Shown here: piece by piece, positions 43,309-55,891 of the stretch | How positions within the stretch are numbered: the first letter of the stretch is position 1 | How the letters are laid out: each line of letters starts with the position of its first letter | NCBI GenBank assembly: GCA_951406725.2 | Contig: OX597840.1 | Span: 18,972,001-19,036,000 of the forward strand | Origin: Octopus vulgaris | Lineage: Eukaryota | DNA length: 64,000 nucleotides | Direction of reading: 5' to 3' | The notes under the pieces: model-generated | Database searches by the model: none | What the model was told of the DNA's origin: nothing | What the model saw: the letters and a program-made list of their open reading frames with translations, nothing else | Made by a program: the position numbers and the translations under genes

Positions 43309-43480
43309 TCCTTCTTTCCTGAGCGTCCAATAATACTATACTTGTTCCATGTCCTCGCGTTGTTGTATTTTTTTGTGCTTTCTTGTTTGGATTAACTTTA
43401 TATGTATGTTTATATATATGTGTGTGTGCATGTGTGTGTGTGTGTGTGTATACATACATGTATACTTGTATATTTATACG

Positions 43481-43533
<53 letters not shown>

Positions 43534-43562
43534 TTGTATATATATATTTATCTATCTATCTA

Positions 43563-43606
<44 letters not shown>

Positions 43607-44020
43607 CATACACATTTACGTACATGCATATACATGTATATATTACATGCAGCTAGCATATCGGGGCCGCCTTCAACTGTCGTCAACTGAAATCACTCAC
43701 GATGATTTCGTCAGCGTTCCATAGTTTCACCCCGCCCTGGAAGCGGGATCGAGCCAAGCGAAGCCACTAAGGTATGGTCAATTATATTTTACTCGGTGTA
43801 GCACGCTGCTTGTCCCTTCCATTTACCCATAATCCCATCATGCAGTTGTCATCTTCAGCACCGATTTCCTGTTCTCCTGTTCTATTGACTTCATTGCACG
43901 ATTCTGTCCCCCAAAATGGCGTAAATCTGTCACATCGTCCCCATCCTTGCCATATATATATATATATATACATACTGTTCTGTATGTATATATGTATACA
44001 TATATATACACATACATACA

Positions 44021-44090
<70 letters not shown>

Positions 44091-44091
<1 letters not shown>

Positions 44092-44315
44092 TAGCAGTAT
44101 CGCCCAGCGTTGCTCAGGTTTGTTTCGATCCTTGAGAATTGGAATCTTTGAAAAGTAAAAATTTTGCATTATGTAGCTTGTTATTCTCTTTAAGTGAACA
44201 TTTTCTGGTTGAAATACACCAAAAAATGGCAACACAGCAGTCAAAAAATCGTAAAAAATAGGGATTTTCATAGAAAAAAAGCACTTTTTTTATGTAAATA
44301 ATTTTTGGTTTTAAC
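44091..44315 (-). mobile_element. Helitron 3' fragment
   Basis: Minus strand AAACCTGAGCAACGCTGGGCGATACTGCTAG|T nearly matches the end of 819-1203. Confidence 0.7.
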
Positions 44316-44799
44316 AGTATTTTGTCCGCCTTTAAGTCCTGAGTTCAAACTCCGCCGAAGTCGACTTTACTTTTTAACCGTTCGCGTCGATAAAATAAAT
44401 ATTAGTTGAACAGCTGGGCCCATGTGATCGATTTGCACTGTACTCAACGATTTCTGGTTTTATGCCAAAATTTGTATCCAATATCAAAGAATTCTACAAT
44501 TTCAAGCATAATCAACTGCACCAATGATAAATATTGTTTGCTCTCTTAGATGAATTCTTAAGATAAGGACATTCTAATCACGATTACACTCTCACTCAGT
44601 AACTCACTCACTCACTCACTCACACATTCACTCACTCCTTCACTCACGCAACCCTTCACGCACGCACATTCACACATGTTCTTACGCGAAGGCACATTCA
44701 CACATGTTCTTATATTATATATATGTTGTTATAAGATATTATATAAAACAATAAGATTGAGATGATAAAGGAATACACACTTATGTTATGATATTCATT

Positions 44800-44886
44800 A
44801 GCTTACACCTGTTTCTGTATAAGATGCAATGCACCCGTAGTTGAGTACTTGTGTATAACGTATAACCCTATAGTTTTATCAGCGCT
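44800..44886 (-). ncRNA. Degenerate type I hammerhead in a (TA)n-flanked fragment
   Basis: Minus strand CTGATAA...TATAGGGT/ATCTTATA stem II...GAAA CAGGTG TA. Confidence 0.45.
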
Positions 44887-44911
44887 TGAAACATGAAGGC
44901 TATTAGCCTAA

Positions 44912-44968
<57 letters not shown>

Positions 44969-44972
<4 letters not shown>

Positions 44973-45115
44973 GCAAACTGGGACAAGAACGGAAAACATC
45001 CAAATAGACGATACAAAAAACTCGAAAAAATTCGAAGCCTTTAATCTTCAATCAAGAACCGGATCATGTTTTTTGTATCGTCTATTTGGATGTTTTGCGT
45101 TCTTGTCCCATTTTG

Positions 45116-45119
<4 letters not shown>
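44969..45119. mobile_element. Fold-back truncated pLTR of the permuted-hammerhead family
   Basis: Inverted arms of about 52 bp (44969-45021 and 45068-45119) enclose the 3' half of the motif (minus GATCCGG T TCTTGA TTGAAGA). Confidence 0.65.
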
Positions 45120-45160
<41 letters not shown>

Positions 45161-45165
<5 letters not shown>

Positions 45166-45378
45166 CGGCGTACGTACACTTTATTCTCTTATATGTAAGT
45201 ACACATTTCACTATATATCACCTTGATCACCTTGACCGACCAGTCCGTCAGGCGTCCATTTGACACCGCTGGTCACAGCACAATGTCCACTCCTCACTGG
45301 ATCACGCCTTTCTCATCCACGTGATCCCAATCGTCCTCCTGAAATCGTAACTCCACCGTCGTGGAGGTCTTCACTATA
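45161..45378 (-). mobile_element. Short LTR-like insertion in (TA)n
   Basis: GC-richer block with AATAAA near its minus-strand 3' end and TATAG...CTATA termini; its first 14 bp are duplicated at about 45433-45446. Confidence 0.35.
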
Positions 45379-45380
45379 TA

Positions 45381-45435
<55 letters not shown>

Positions 45436-45442
45436 GAGGTCT

Positions 45443-45485
<43 letters not shown>

Positions 45486-46070
45486 CAAAGCTTTGGTCAC
45501 ATTCTATTGTGTTGATATGCAAACAAAACAGGAGGCAGTCTCCTGACGGATCGTTTCATAGCTTGCTGACCGATCCTCAGAGAGGTTGTCCCCTGTCGCC
45601 TACCGCAATCAATAGTGTGTGTCAGCTGTTATATAAAACAGTCAGGAAGTTGTCTATCACTGTAAGTGAAAACAAATGTTATTATGTGTGCCTGTATACA
45701 TGGCTGTGTGCAGTTGTGTATGTGTGAGTGTATTTGTGTGTGTTTGTGCGTGTATGTGTGTGCGCCTGCGTATGTATGTGCATGCGGTCGTGTAATTTGC
45801 CTACCTCTATCTATTGATACACTTACACACACATATATGTATGTATATGGAGATATATACGTATAAATTCCTATGCGTTTATATATGTACATATATACAT
45901 ATACATATATATACGTAGCCATATATACGTATAGATATACACATACACACACACACACATACACATTCACTCACACATGTAAACTATCGTACACAATCTA
46001 CTTTCTCTCTAACTTAGCGATAAATGCATAAATACATACATACATACATATATATATATGTATATATAAA

Positions 46071-46118
<48 letters not shown>

Positions 46119-46184
46119 TATATATATATATATATACCTTCATAAATACGTGTGTGTGTATATATGTATGTATATATGTATGTA

Positions 46185-46239
<55 letters not shown>

Positions 46240-46325
46240 GTGCGTGTTTTTGTATATCTGCGTGTGTCTGAGTGCGTCTGGGTATTACGCGCGCGTGTAT
46301 GAGTATGTGTGTGCGTGCATGTGTA

Positions 46326-46368
<43 letters not shown>

Positions 46369-46823
46369 TCGTATAATTTCTGTACCCTGCTCTATGTACA
46401 GAGTACACGAATCTACTGACTTCTGGTCCGCAGTGGTTTATCGCAAACACACACACACACACACACGCACAAGCACGTGCTCTTGTTATCGTTATCAGGC
46501 TAACCACTGCTGCAAATCAGCAATAACCACGACGACGACAACAACAACAGCAACAACAACAACAGCAGCAACACTATATTAGGCACCGCTATCAGTTCTG
46601 TATCTCACTAATTCCACGCGGTTTCTTTAACCGATATTTACTAACACAACGTCGTCTGAGAGTCTCTTTCGCTTTCCCTTCCTTGCATACACTTACACCC
46701 TTCCTACACACATATACATACTCGCACATACATGCGCATACGTGTACATGAACACACTCAACGAATATACACTGATATTCATTTGTGTATATACGCATAA
46801 GCACGTACATATATAAATACGGC

Positions 46824-46867
46824 GGACTTTGAATCCAGCGATCCGAGTTCAAATCTCGGTGAGACCT
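46824..46867 (+). pseudogene. 5'-truncated tRNA-Gln(TTG) copy
   Basis: GGACTTTGAATCCAGCGATCCGAGTTCAAATCTCGGTGAGACCT matches the anticodon arm, T arm and 3' acceptor strand of eukaryotic tRNA-Gln; the D arm and 5' acceptor strand are missing. Confidence 0.8.
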
Positions 46868-47433
46868 TAAATTTTTCAGCGGTGGTGCCCCAGCATAGCC
46901 GCGGCCTTCGGGCTAAAACATTTTAAAGGATTTTAATGATATATTTGTATATTTAAAGGGCTAGAAACCACGAAGTGGTCAGCTGTATGCTAGAAGTAGA
47001 TCACCAACGATAGCATACGGCTGACCACTTAGTGGTTTTTTAGCCCTTTAAATATACACATGTATTAGAATTTTCTCTGATTTTTCAGATTTTTGTATGC
47101 TAGGCTACTGGTTTTAAATTGATAGTAATTAAATTAATATTCAATTTATCTCCCTCATTATTTAAATACTGCCATATTTACAAGCATCCATATAAGGGCA
47201 AGCATATGGTCTACTGAAGTGGTACTCAACCATTTTTTTGCCTAAGGACCTCTTTGATTCCTATTCTACTCGGACGATAAGAACCTTGCTTCCCAACTGC
47301 GTGGTTCCGTGGTCAGTACCACTGCGTGGCACCTTGTTTCAGTCATGAGACTGCGGCCATGCTGGGGCACCGCCATGAATTTTTAGTCGAATGAATCCAG
47401 TCCAGTTTTCTTTCTTTTATTCTTTTATTTTCT

Positions 47434-47817
47434 TTCAGTCATTTGACTGTGGCCATGCTGGAGCACCGCCTTTAGTCGAGCAAATCGACCCCAGGACTTA
47501 TTCTTTGTAAACCTAGTACTTATTCTATCAGTCTCTTTTGCCGAACCGCTAAGTTACGGGGACGTAAACACACCAGCATCGGTTGTCAAGTGATGTTGGG
47601 GGGACAAACACAGACACACAAACACAAAAATACACACACATATATATATATACATATATACGACGGGCTTCTTTCAGTTTCCGTCTACCAAATCCACTCA
47701 CAAGGCTTTGGTCGGCCCGAGGCTATAGTAAAAGACACTTGCCCAAGGTGCCACGCAGTGGGACTGAACCCAGAACCATGTGGTTCGTAAGCAAGCTACT
47801 TACCACACAGCCACTCC
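47434..47817 (-). mobile_element. SINE family A, full length (within a nest of A fragments, about 47280-48640)
   Basis: Reverse complement of the 3570 family. Confidence 0.85.
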
Positions 47818-48113
47818 GACGTAATTACTTTTTTAATGCTTGGTACTTATTCTATCGCTGTTTTTTGGTCGAACCGCTAATTTACGTGGACGCAAACACA
47901 GCAACACCGGTTGACAATCGGTGAGGGTGGGGTGACAAACGCAGACACAATGAAAATCACACATAGACACATATATACATATACATACATACGACGGGTC
48001 TCTTTCAGTTTCCATCTAACATATTCACTCACAACACTTTAGTCGGCCCGAGACTATAGTAGAAAACACTTACCCAAGGTGCCATGCAGTGGGACTGAAC
48101 CCGACGGTATTCT

Positions 48114-48531
48114 TAAGGCGACGAGCTGACAGAATCGTTAGCACGTCTGGTGAAATGCTTAGCAGTATTTCGTCTGCCATTACGTACTGAGTTCAAATTC
48201 CGCCAAGGTCGACTTTGCCTTTCATCCTTTCGGGGTCGATAAATTAAGTACCAGTTACGCACTGGGGTCAATATAATCAACTTAATCCGTCTGTCTGTCC
48301 TTGTTTGTACCCTCTGTGTTTAGCCCCTTGTGGGCAGTAAAGAAATTGGTATTTCGTCCGCCGTTACGTTCTGAGTTCAAATTCCGCCGAGGTCGACTTT
48401 GCCTTTCATCCTTTCGGGGTCGATAAATTAAGTACCAGTTACGCACTGGGGTCGATGTAATCGATTTATTTCGTTTGTCTGTCCTTGTTTGTACCCTCTG
48501 TGTTTAGCCCCTTGTGGGCAGTAAAGAAATT
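48114..48531 (+). mobile_element. SINE family B with a tandem duplication of its body
   Basis: Two near-identical units of about 180 bp; GGTATTCTT on both flanks as a probable TSD. Confidence 0.8.
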
Positions 48532-49078
48532 GGTATTCTTTCAGTTTCCTTCTACCAAATCCACTCACAGGGCTTTAGTCGCCCCGGAGTCCAAGGTACC
48601 GCACAGTGGGACTGAACACGAAACCATATTGAGAAGCATGCCACGCCTATCTAATATGTGTATTAAGGCGGCGAGCTGACAGAATCGTTAGGACTTCGGA
48701 CAAAATACTGCGAAACATTTCTTCCGACATAACGTACATTTGTTCTGAGTCCACATTCGCTACGAAATCAAATTTGCCATTCATCATTTCAAAGTCAATT
48801 TAACACGTACTACTGGAAGACTGGATACTGTGTATTCGACTTACCCGCTTCCTCTCAAAAGTGGTGGCCATGTGCTAATATTTGGGACTATTATATTACA
48901 AATTATATATATATACATACATGCATACACACATACACACACACATACCCATATATATACTATATTCATTCCATATACATATATATATGCATGTATACAT
49001 GTGTGTATATATTTAAATATATATATATAGATTAATAAGAAATATATATATATGTATATGTAAATTAATATCAAGAGC

Positions 49079-49141
<63 letters not shown>

Positions 49142-49282
49142 CAATAATAAGAACTAATATATATATAGAATGGTTGTATACTGTCAATCTATCCCCCCAC
49201 CTCCACCGCCCCACCACTATACAACCATTCTATCGCCCCACCACCGTACATATCTCTATGAGATATTTAGAAATTTAATATT

Positions 49283-49342
<60 letters not shown>

Positions 49343-49562
49343 TTATATTATATATGCATTACATATGCATACATTTAATATATATATATGTATACATATA
49401 TAAGTACATATATATGTATATATATTTGTGTGCATGTATGTATATATATATGTGCGTGTGTGTGTGTGTATATATATATACATGCATATGTATATATGTA
49501 TGTATATATATATATATGTGTGTGTGTCTGTATGTATGTATATATGTATGTATATATGTATG

Positions 49563-49613
<51 letters not shown>

Positions 49614-49778
49614 TGTGTGTGTGTGTGTGTGTGTTTATGTGCGTGAGAAAAGGTAAGTTCAAAAAGAACAATTGAAACTTTTTGGGTGATCCCAAAAGGT
49701 GATTTCTAATAAGGATTCATCATATTCATGAAGAACAGCCAAAACAGGCGATAAGAATATGAAAATAATTTTTGAGGA

Positions 49779-50065
49779 GATTCGTTGTAGGTAGAAGAAT
49801 ATACCATAAACAAGTAGAAATGATAGAGAGATGTTGAAACAGAAATAGATTTATTATAAAACTGGATTCAATTCATACGTTCGTTTCGAAAAACAATGTA
49901 AGAAATTAAAATTTTTGTTAAAATATTTCTTAAATTTTTGCATTATTTTTCCAAATGTACGTATGAATTGAATCCAGGTTTATAATAAATCTATTTCTGT
50001 TTCAATATCTTCTCTCCATTTTTTAAATACTTGTTTATGATATATTCTTCTACCTATAACGAATC
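49779..50065. repeat. Long imperfect fold-back (Penelope-type inverted pLTR remnant)
   Basis: Arms GATTCGTTGTAGGTAGAAGAAT...CATACGT and ACGTATG...ATTCTTCTACCTATAACGAATC; GAAACGAACGTA remnant on the minus strand. Confidence 0.65.
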
Positions 50066-50072
50066 ACCTGAA

Positions 50073-50132
<60 letters not shown>

Positions 50133-50143
50133 ATATATATATA

Positions 50144-50304
50144 TTAAGTATAGGAAAGAATGGAGCTGAACGAATTTCCGCACTAAGGCACGGATTTTAT
50201 GCCCTATGGTCGTAACTTCAACCGTGACCTTTCTGTTGTGAATTTTGCTACCCAGGTATCGGTTATCTTTCGAATTATCCGTAATAAGATAATTCATTTG
50301 TCTA

Positions 50305-50310
<6 letters not shown>
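50144..50310 (+). mobile_element. Short fragment of the same Penelope family as 12803-16256
   Basis: Shares AACCGATACCTGGGTAGCAAAA-TCAC with 12855-12880 (opposite strand), and has an inverted piece resembling the pLTR end at 16227-16256. Confidence 0.75.
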
Positions 50311-50350
<40 letters not shown>

Positions 50351-50369
50351 CATAAATATGCATATATAT

Positions 50370-50523
50370 GGGATAGTTAGGTGAAACAAAAAAGGGACAA
50401 CAAAATATCCAGGCAGACGATAGAAGGAAAACAAGGACAGGTCAGTCGGAGTTTTCTATCCTCAATCGAGTTCCAGATTATCTTTGCAATTTTGGCTGGT
50501 TATACTCAAGATTGTTCCAATCT
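50370..50523 (-). mobile_element. 5'-truncated, decayed copy of the permuted-hammerhead family
   Basis: Minus strand AGATTGGAACAATC TTGAGT ATAA CCAGCC AAAA TTGC AAAGAT AATCTGG A ACTCGA TTGAGGA, closely similar to 58937-59001. Confidence 0.75.
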
Positions 50524-50551
50524 GTCTCTCTGTCTGTTTGGTTATCCGTCA

Positions 50552-52740
50552 TCTCTATTATTAAACCAACCATTTTCGGAAATCACTTTACGACCCTTAA
50601 CTTCAATTACCACCCGTTTTCGCCGGGGTTGCAGAAGTAAATACATGTCCATGGTATATTGATGACACAAAAATCAGATGTTGTTACAAAAATCAATATA
50701 CACGATGACACTTCATTTGTGATGACAGCTTGATTTGTGAATTTCGAAATTAATATCATTTACACATTACAAGTTTCGCAGTTACAGCAAGATGCTAAGT
50801 ATCTTTGTTTTTCTTATTAAATTCTCTCCTAAACTCACCGACGTTCAATTCAAGCGCCACAAAGTTTCCTATACAATATAAATCCGGTTATACTCCCGAA
50901 ATGCCATTTTCCTTTCTCGTCATTCCATCACGTCTTCGTCCGACTTTACAGCGCATGGTGTGTACATTTTCCCGAACGAGATCGTCGGATTCTCGTCTAG
51001 GCCAATGTATCAGCATTAATTACGACGCTCCTGTGGAGGCGCAATGGCCCAGTGGTTAGGGCAGCGGACTCGCGGTTCCGATTCCCAGACCGGGCGTTGT
51101 GAGTGTTTATTGAGCGAAAACACCTAAAAGCTCCACGAGGCTCCGGCAGGGGATGGTGGTGATCCCTGCTGTACTCTTTCACCACAACTTTCTCTCACTC
51201 TTACTTCCTGTTTCTGTTGTACCTGTATTTCCAAGGGCCGGCCTTGTCACTCTCTGTGTCACGCTGAATATCCCCGAGAACTACGTTAAGGGTACACGTG
51301 TCTGTGGAGTGCTCAGCCACTTACACGTTAATTTCACGAGCAGGCTGTTCCGTTGATTCGGATCAACCGGAACCCTCGTCGTCGTAACCGACGGAGTGCT
51401 TCTAAAATACGCTCCTGCACGTTCACAATATGCGAGCCGGGAGTAATCAGCAGGAGATTATCAGTTACTCTCTAGCTTTCATTCAGTGCGCCCCCCTGCA
51501 CAAATTCGCAGTGACTTCTCATAAATGTCATATTCGAATAATAGCTTCGGTTTAGGAACATTTCAGGTGACGAATGGCCTTCACGAACCAATTAAATTCG
51601 TAAACCGATCATTCGGTTCCCGATGAAGCCAACATTTCAGCAATGATTTCTACGACCCTGTACGTTCACAAACACGCCATAGTTGGCTTAGTTCCGTATT
51701 AGGCTAAGGTTCCATCATTAATTTGTACGATCCCATACGTTCACAAATATACCAAATGTTTATAACTATATCGGAGAAACAGATCCTTTCCTTGCTGATG
51801 ACACAGATACAATATTTTTAACTTTCTGAATCCAAAGATGTTGGCTTGCTTTGTTCAACTAAAATACCTTTATTGTTATGACAATATGGTGATGCTGGAA
51901 ATACAAGAAAAATACATGAATAACATAATGTATTAATATTCTTAAAAGCCTCTAAAAATCCATGAATGAAAGGGAAGAGAAATATATCTATGTTATATAA
52001 CGTGTACTCAATTCTATATCCGGCGAAAACGAGCCATAATTGTGTTTGGGGAAGCCATAAAAACTGAATCAGATAAACGCTAGGTTTAATAATGGATAAT
52101 ATTTGGAGAGAAATAAATCCATTTCCTATATTGCAAAATTGTATACGCAAAATAAAAGAGTTACACGCAAATAAATGCTATGCCCGCCATTTTAAAGTGA
52201 CACTGTGGCGTGCTACGGAGTGCCTCGTTTTACAAAATAACATACTTATTTACATTCTGGCATCTTGATCGTGTAAGAACAAATATTTCATTCCATTTAT
52301 TAAAAGAAATGTACACTAGCACCGAATCCTATAAAATGGGATCAAAGACTACGGATGGAAAACATGCTTGTTCAAAGAACTTAGGAGAATAGACAAAGCA
52401 GAATAGACAAAGCAATATATATATGCTCTTAGGAGAGTAAAATAGAAAGCCGAGGAAAAGCCTATTTAACTCTACAAAATCATGACATATTTGGATATAT
52501 TTATAAAAATCCTTTCGTTTTTAACTTAAAGATTATTAAATGAAAAAAAAAAAAAAGAAATTTTAGAATATTCAAGATGTCATCAACAACAGATGACCTA
52601 AAATATTGAAAAATATATTTATGTGGACAAAATTTCTTAAACAATTTCACAACTGAAGAGAGATAGATAAATATAGTGACAGAGATGGATAGAGAGCTGT
52701 AGATAGAGAGATATAGACGCCACTGGCGCTAGAAAACCAG
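50552..52740 (+). mobile_element. Possible non-autonomous Helitron of about 2.2 kb containing a SINE C insertion
   Basis: A|TCTCTATTATTAAA start; CGCCACTGGCG hairpin then CCAG|T (variant of CTAG) at the end. Confidence 0.3.
51034..51408 (+). mobile_element. SINE family C with TSD
   Basis: TSD ACGCTCCTG at 51025-51033 and 51409-51417; homologous to 12414-12760. Confidence 0.85.
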
Positions 52741-53385
52741 TAATAAATATTTTTAAAAACTTTCAAAGATGTGAATCTAATATAAGAAGTAATATTCTTT
52801 TTTTTTATGCCCAATAGATTTAAGGAAGGCAATCAATTTCTGAAGGTTACTTCGTAAAGAGTTACCTCCATTCTCCACGTAACCCAGGTATAGGTGTTTT
52901 CTGCCCTCTGGGGCCCGTTACTCATTATGTAAAAAATTTTAAGTCTAAAATCATCTCTGGGACAAAAGACAAAATCGTGGTTTTTCTTTATATTTGAATG
53001 AAGGATCAGAGCTCAAGTTTAATTATGGAAAGATACTTGAAGTGGAAGAAAATTTTAATTGCAATTCTTGAAACTCAATGAGTGTACTAAAATGTGGACG
53101 ACTGGAAAGCTACATAGGACAAACTGGACGGTCAGAACATGAGCAGATAAGAATAAATGAGCAGCAGATGAATTATGAAATCACCAAAGGCCGTCAACAG
53201 AACCTACGTAGTTTCAAAACGCACGCGCCTATATCTATGTACATTCCTTCGTGACTGACGATCAGTGCATCTCTGATCACGAGCAGAAGTAGCGGGGGAG
53301 TATCATAGCCGTGTGTTGAAATGATTTCTTTGCAGTTTGAATAATCCACCTCTGGAAACATGAGTATTTCATTCATCATCCTTAA

Positions 53386-53606
53386 TCCTTTTGTAAACAA
53401 CCCACCTGAGACTACCCCTGGCTCTTTGGTACAAGTATCTTGTTTTCAAGTGTCTTGAATTAAAATCTTCCATCAGAACTTAGTGTTAATTTATGATCTA
53501 AATACCAATTAATAACTACAAAGATATTTTACTAAATTCTTCATTATTTTCAAAATTAATTGAAATAATGACAGAATATCTCAACAGAAATATGGTAACA
53601 AAAGGG
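53386..53606. mobile_element. piggyBac-like MITE
   Basis: TTAA on both sides; TIRs TCCTTTTGTAAAC and GGTAACAAAAGGG. It interrupts a LINE-like 3' UTR (about 53225-53866). Confidence 0.7.
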
Positions 53607-54209
53607 TTAAACAATCCTTATTCAGGGACCTTTTGAGCGGGATGAGCTTCTCAACCTGAAGAACATTCAAACTGGGCCCCATCTGCAAGGTCATGCTCTG
53701 TTTATCTTGATATAATATCACCATGTCGCGCCAATATGGTTGTGATGCATGTGCCTGGTGTATCCTTATCAGATGCGTAGTCATGATGGGTATATTGGGC
53801 TTTGTATATCAGTACTCCAGTGTCACTTTGATGGCATGCACTGCTCTCTCACTCAATAACAATAACATGACATAAATCAAATGTCAACTGTGTTAGTGCG
53901 TGTCTTTTGTCCGACCCTGTTTGAATTATGCATGTACATAGGGTCTGTGTATGTAGGTGTGTGTAAGAATGAATAAACGAGAAAACAGTGCGTATGTCAG
54001 AGTGTATGGGGTGTGCGTGTGTGTATTTGTGTGTGTGCGTGTGTGTGTGTGAATATGTGTATATAGGGTGGATGTGGACGTGGGTGTATATAAACCTGTG
54101 GAAAAAAGCGATCGATGAAAAATCGATAACTAATTCCAAATCAATGATTATTGAAGCGTGACCGAAGTCTTAATTGTTGCGAATGATTCGTCTGGTTGAA
54201 TCCGATAAA

Positions 54210-54350
54210 AACAACAACAGCATCACCATTCGCAGCATTGCCATCATCATCATCATCATCATCGCCATCATCCTCGTCGATATCATCATCATCGTCACCA
54301 TCATCGTCACCATCATCGTCATCATCATCGTCGATATCATCATTCTCATC

Positions 54351-54381
<31 letters not shown>

Positions 54382-54720
54382 TCCTCATCATCATCGTCGT
54401 CATCATCCTCATCATCATCGTCGTCATCATCCTCATGTATCATCGTCGCCATCATCTCCACCATCGTCATCAAGATCGTCGTCGTTGTTGTCATCATCGT
54501 CGTCATCATCATGATCACGATCATGATCATCATCATGATCATCATCATTTTCATCATCTTCATCCTCATCATCCTCATCCGCATCGTCATCATCCTCATC
54601 CTCATCGTCATCATCATCATTATTACCACCACCATCATGATGATAACCATCATCATCATCATCAAACACTACAACAGAAACAACAACAACAAAAGCAACA
54701 ACCACAACAACAACAAGCAC
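54210..54720. repeat. Degenerate (CAT)n/(CAA)n microsatellite
   Basis: Direct inspection. Confidence 0.9.
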
Positions 54721-55357
54721 AGCATTAGTATAGCCACAAGAACTCGGCGACACGTTCTCTTGCAAATGGCTGATAAAGTGCAATTGAATTTCAATTCTTG
54801 TCACGCACCTTTTTCTTTTGTTATACGGGTGTTAGAGTGAGTAATGGAGGCGAAGATGGAGGGAAGGAGAGCAAGCAGACATGGAGGTGAGCGAAAGAGA
54901 GAAAAGTTTGAGAAGCCACAGATCGGTAATAACATTTTAGAATTGAGACTGAAAGTCTTCGTGGAATTTCGGTAAGGAAGAGAGATAAATGTTCTTCCAT
55001 GGCCAAAGCCGAAAAACGATAACAATGAAAAAGAATAACAGAAATGGTAATGATGATGAGGAGGAGGAGGCGGAGGAGGAAGAGGAGAAGAGGAGAAGGT
55101 GGAAGAAGAAGAAGATGAGAAAGGGGAAGAAGAAGAAGAGGAAGAAGACAAAGAAGAAGAAAATATAGGAGAAAGAAGTAAAAAGGAGAAAGAAGAAAGT
55201 AAAAAAAAGACGAAGAAGAAAGGAAGAAGAAGTAGACGGCGATGACGACGACGAAGAAGAAGCAGAAGTAAAAAGTAAAAACGAAGAAGAAAGAAAGGAA
55301 GTAGAAGTAAAAAGAAGAGGGAGAAGAGAAAAGGAGTAAGAAATAAAAAGAAGATAG

Positions 55358-55501
55358 GAAGAAGAAGAAGAAGAAGAAGAAGAAGAAGAAGAAGAAGAAG
55401 AAGAAGAAGAAGAAGAAGAAGAAGAAGAAGAAGAAGAAGAAGAAGAAGAAGAAGAAGAAGAAGAAGAAGAAGAAGAAGAAGAAGAAGAAGAAGAAGAAGA
55501 A
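55358..55501. repeat. Perfect (GAA)n tract
   Basis: Direct inspection. Confidence 0.95.
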
Positions 55502-55891
55502 GGGTTTCAAAATTTGGCACAAGGCCTGCATTTTAGGGAAAAGGGCAAATCGACTTTGGCGAACTCTGAACTCTGAACTCTGAAGTCAGAAGAAATGCTG
55601 CAACGTCGGTCAAAGAACCGTATCGGTGTATGACCTCATTAACTAATGATGGATTATCCTGGAACCAATGGACGTATGATCAAGAACATGCCATCTGTGT
55701 TCATACCGTCGATTTTTGTGTGCCGAAGACTATATCATCTTAATACTTATCAAACTCTTTTACTTATTGTAGCAGTATATTTTGCTGAACCGCTAAGTAA
55801 CGGAGAGCATGCACAAATCAACATTGATTGCGAAGAAGTGATGAAGAACAAACCCTCACACACACACACACATACACGCACATCAACACAG

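Noticed and set aside
46824-46867. Functional tRNA-Gln gene
   Set aside because: The 5' acceptor strand, D arm and A box are absent.
54141-55531. Poly-Asp/His/Ser/Glu/Leu ORFs
   Set aside because: Degenerate (CAT)n and (GAA)n repeats that are open in several frames on both strands; no splice or domain evidence.
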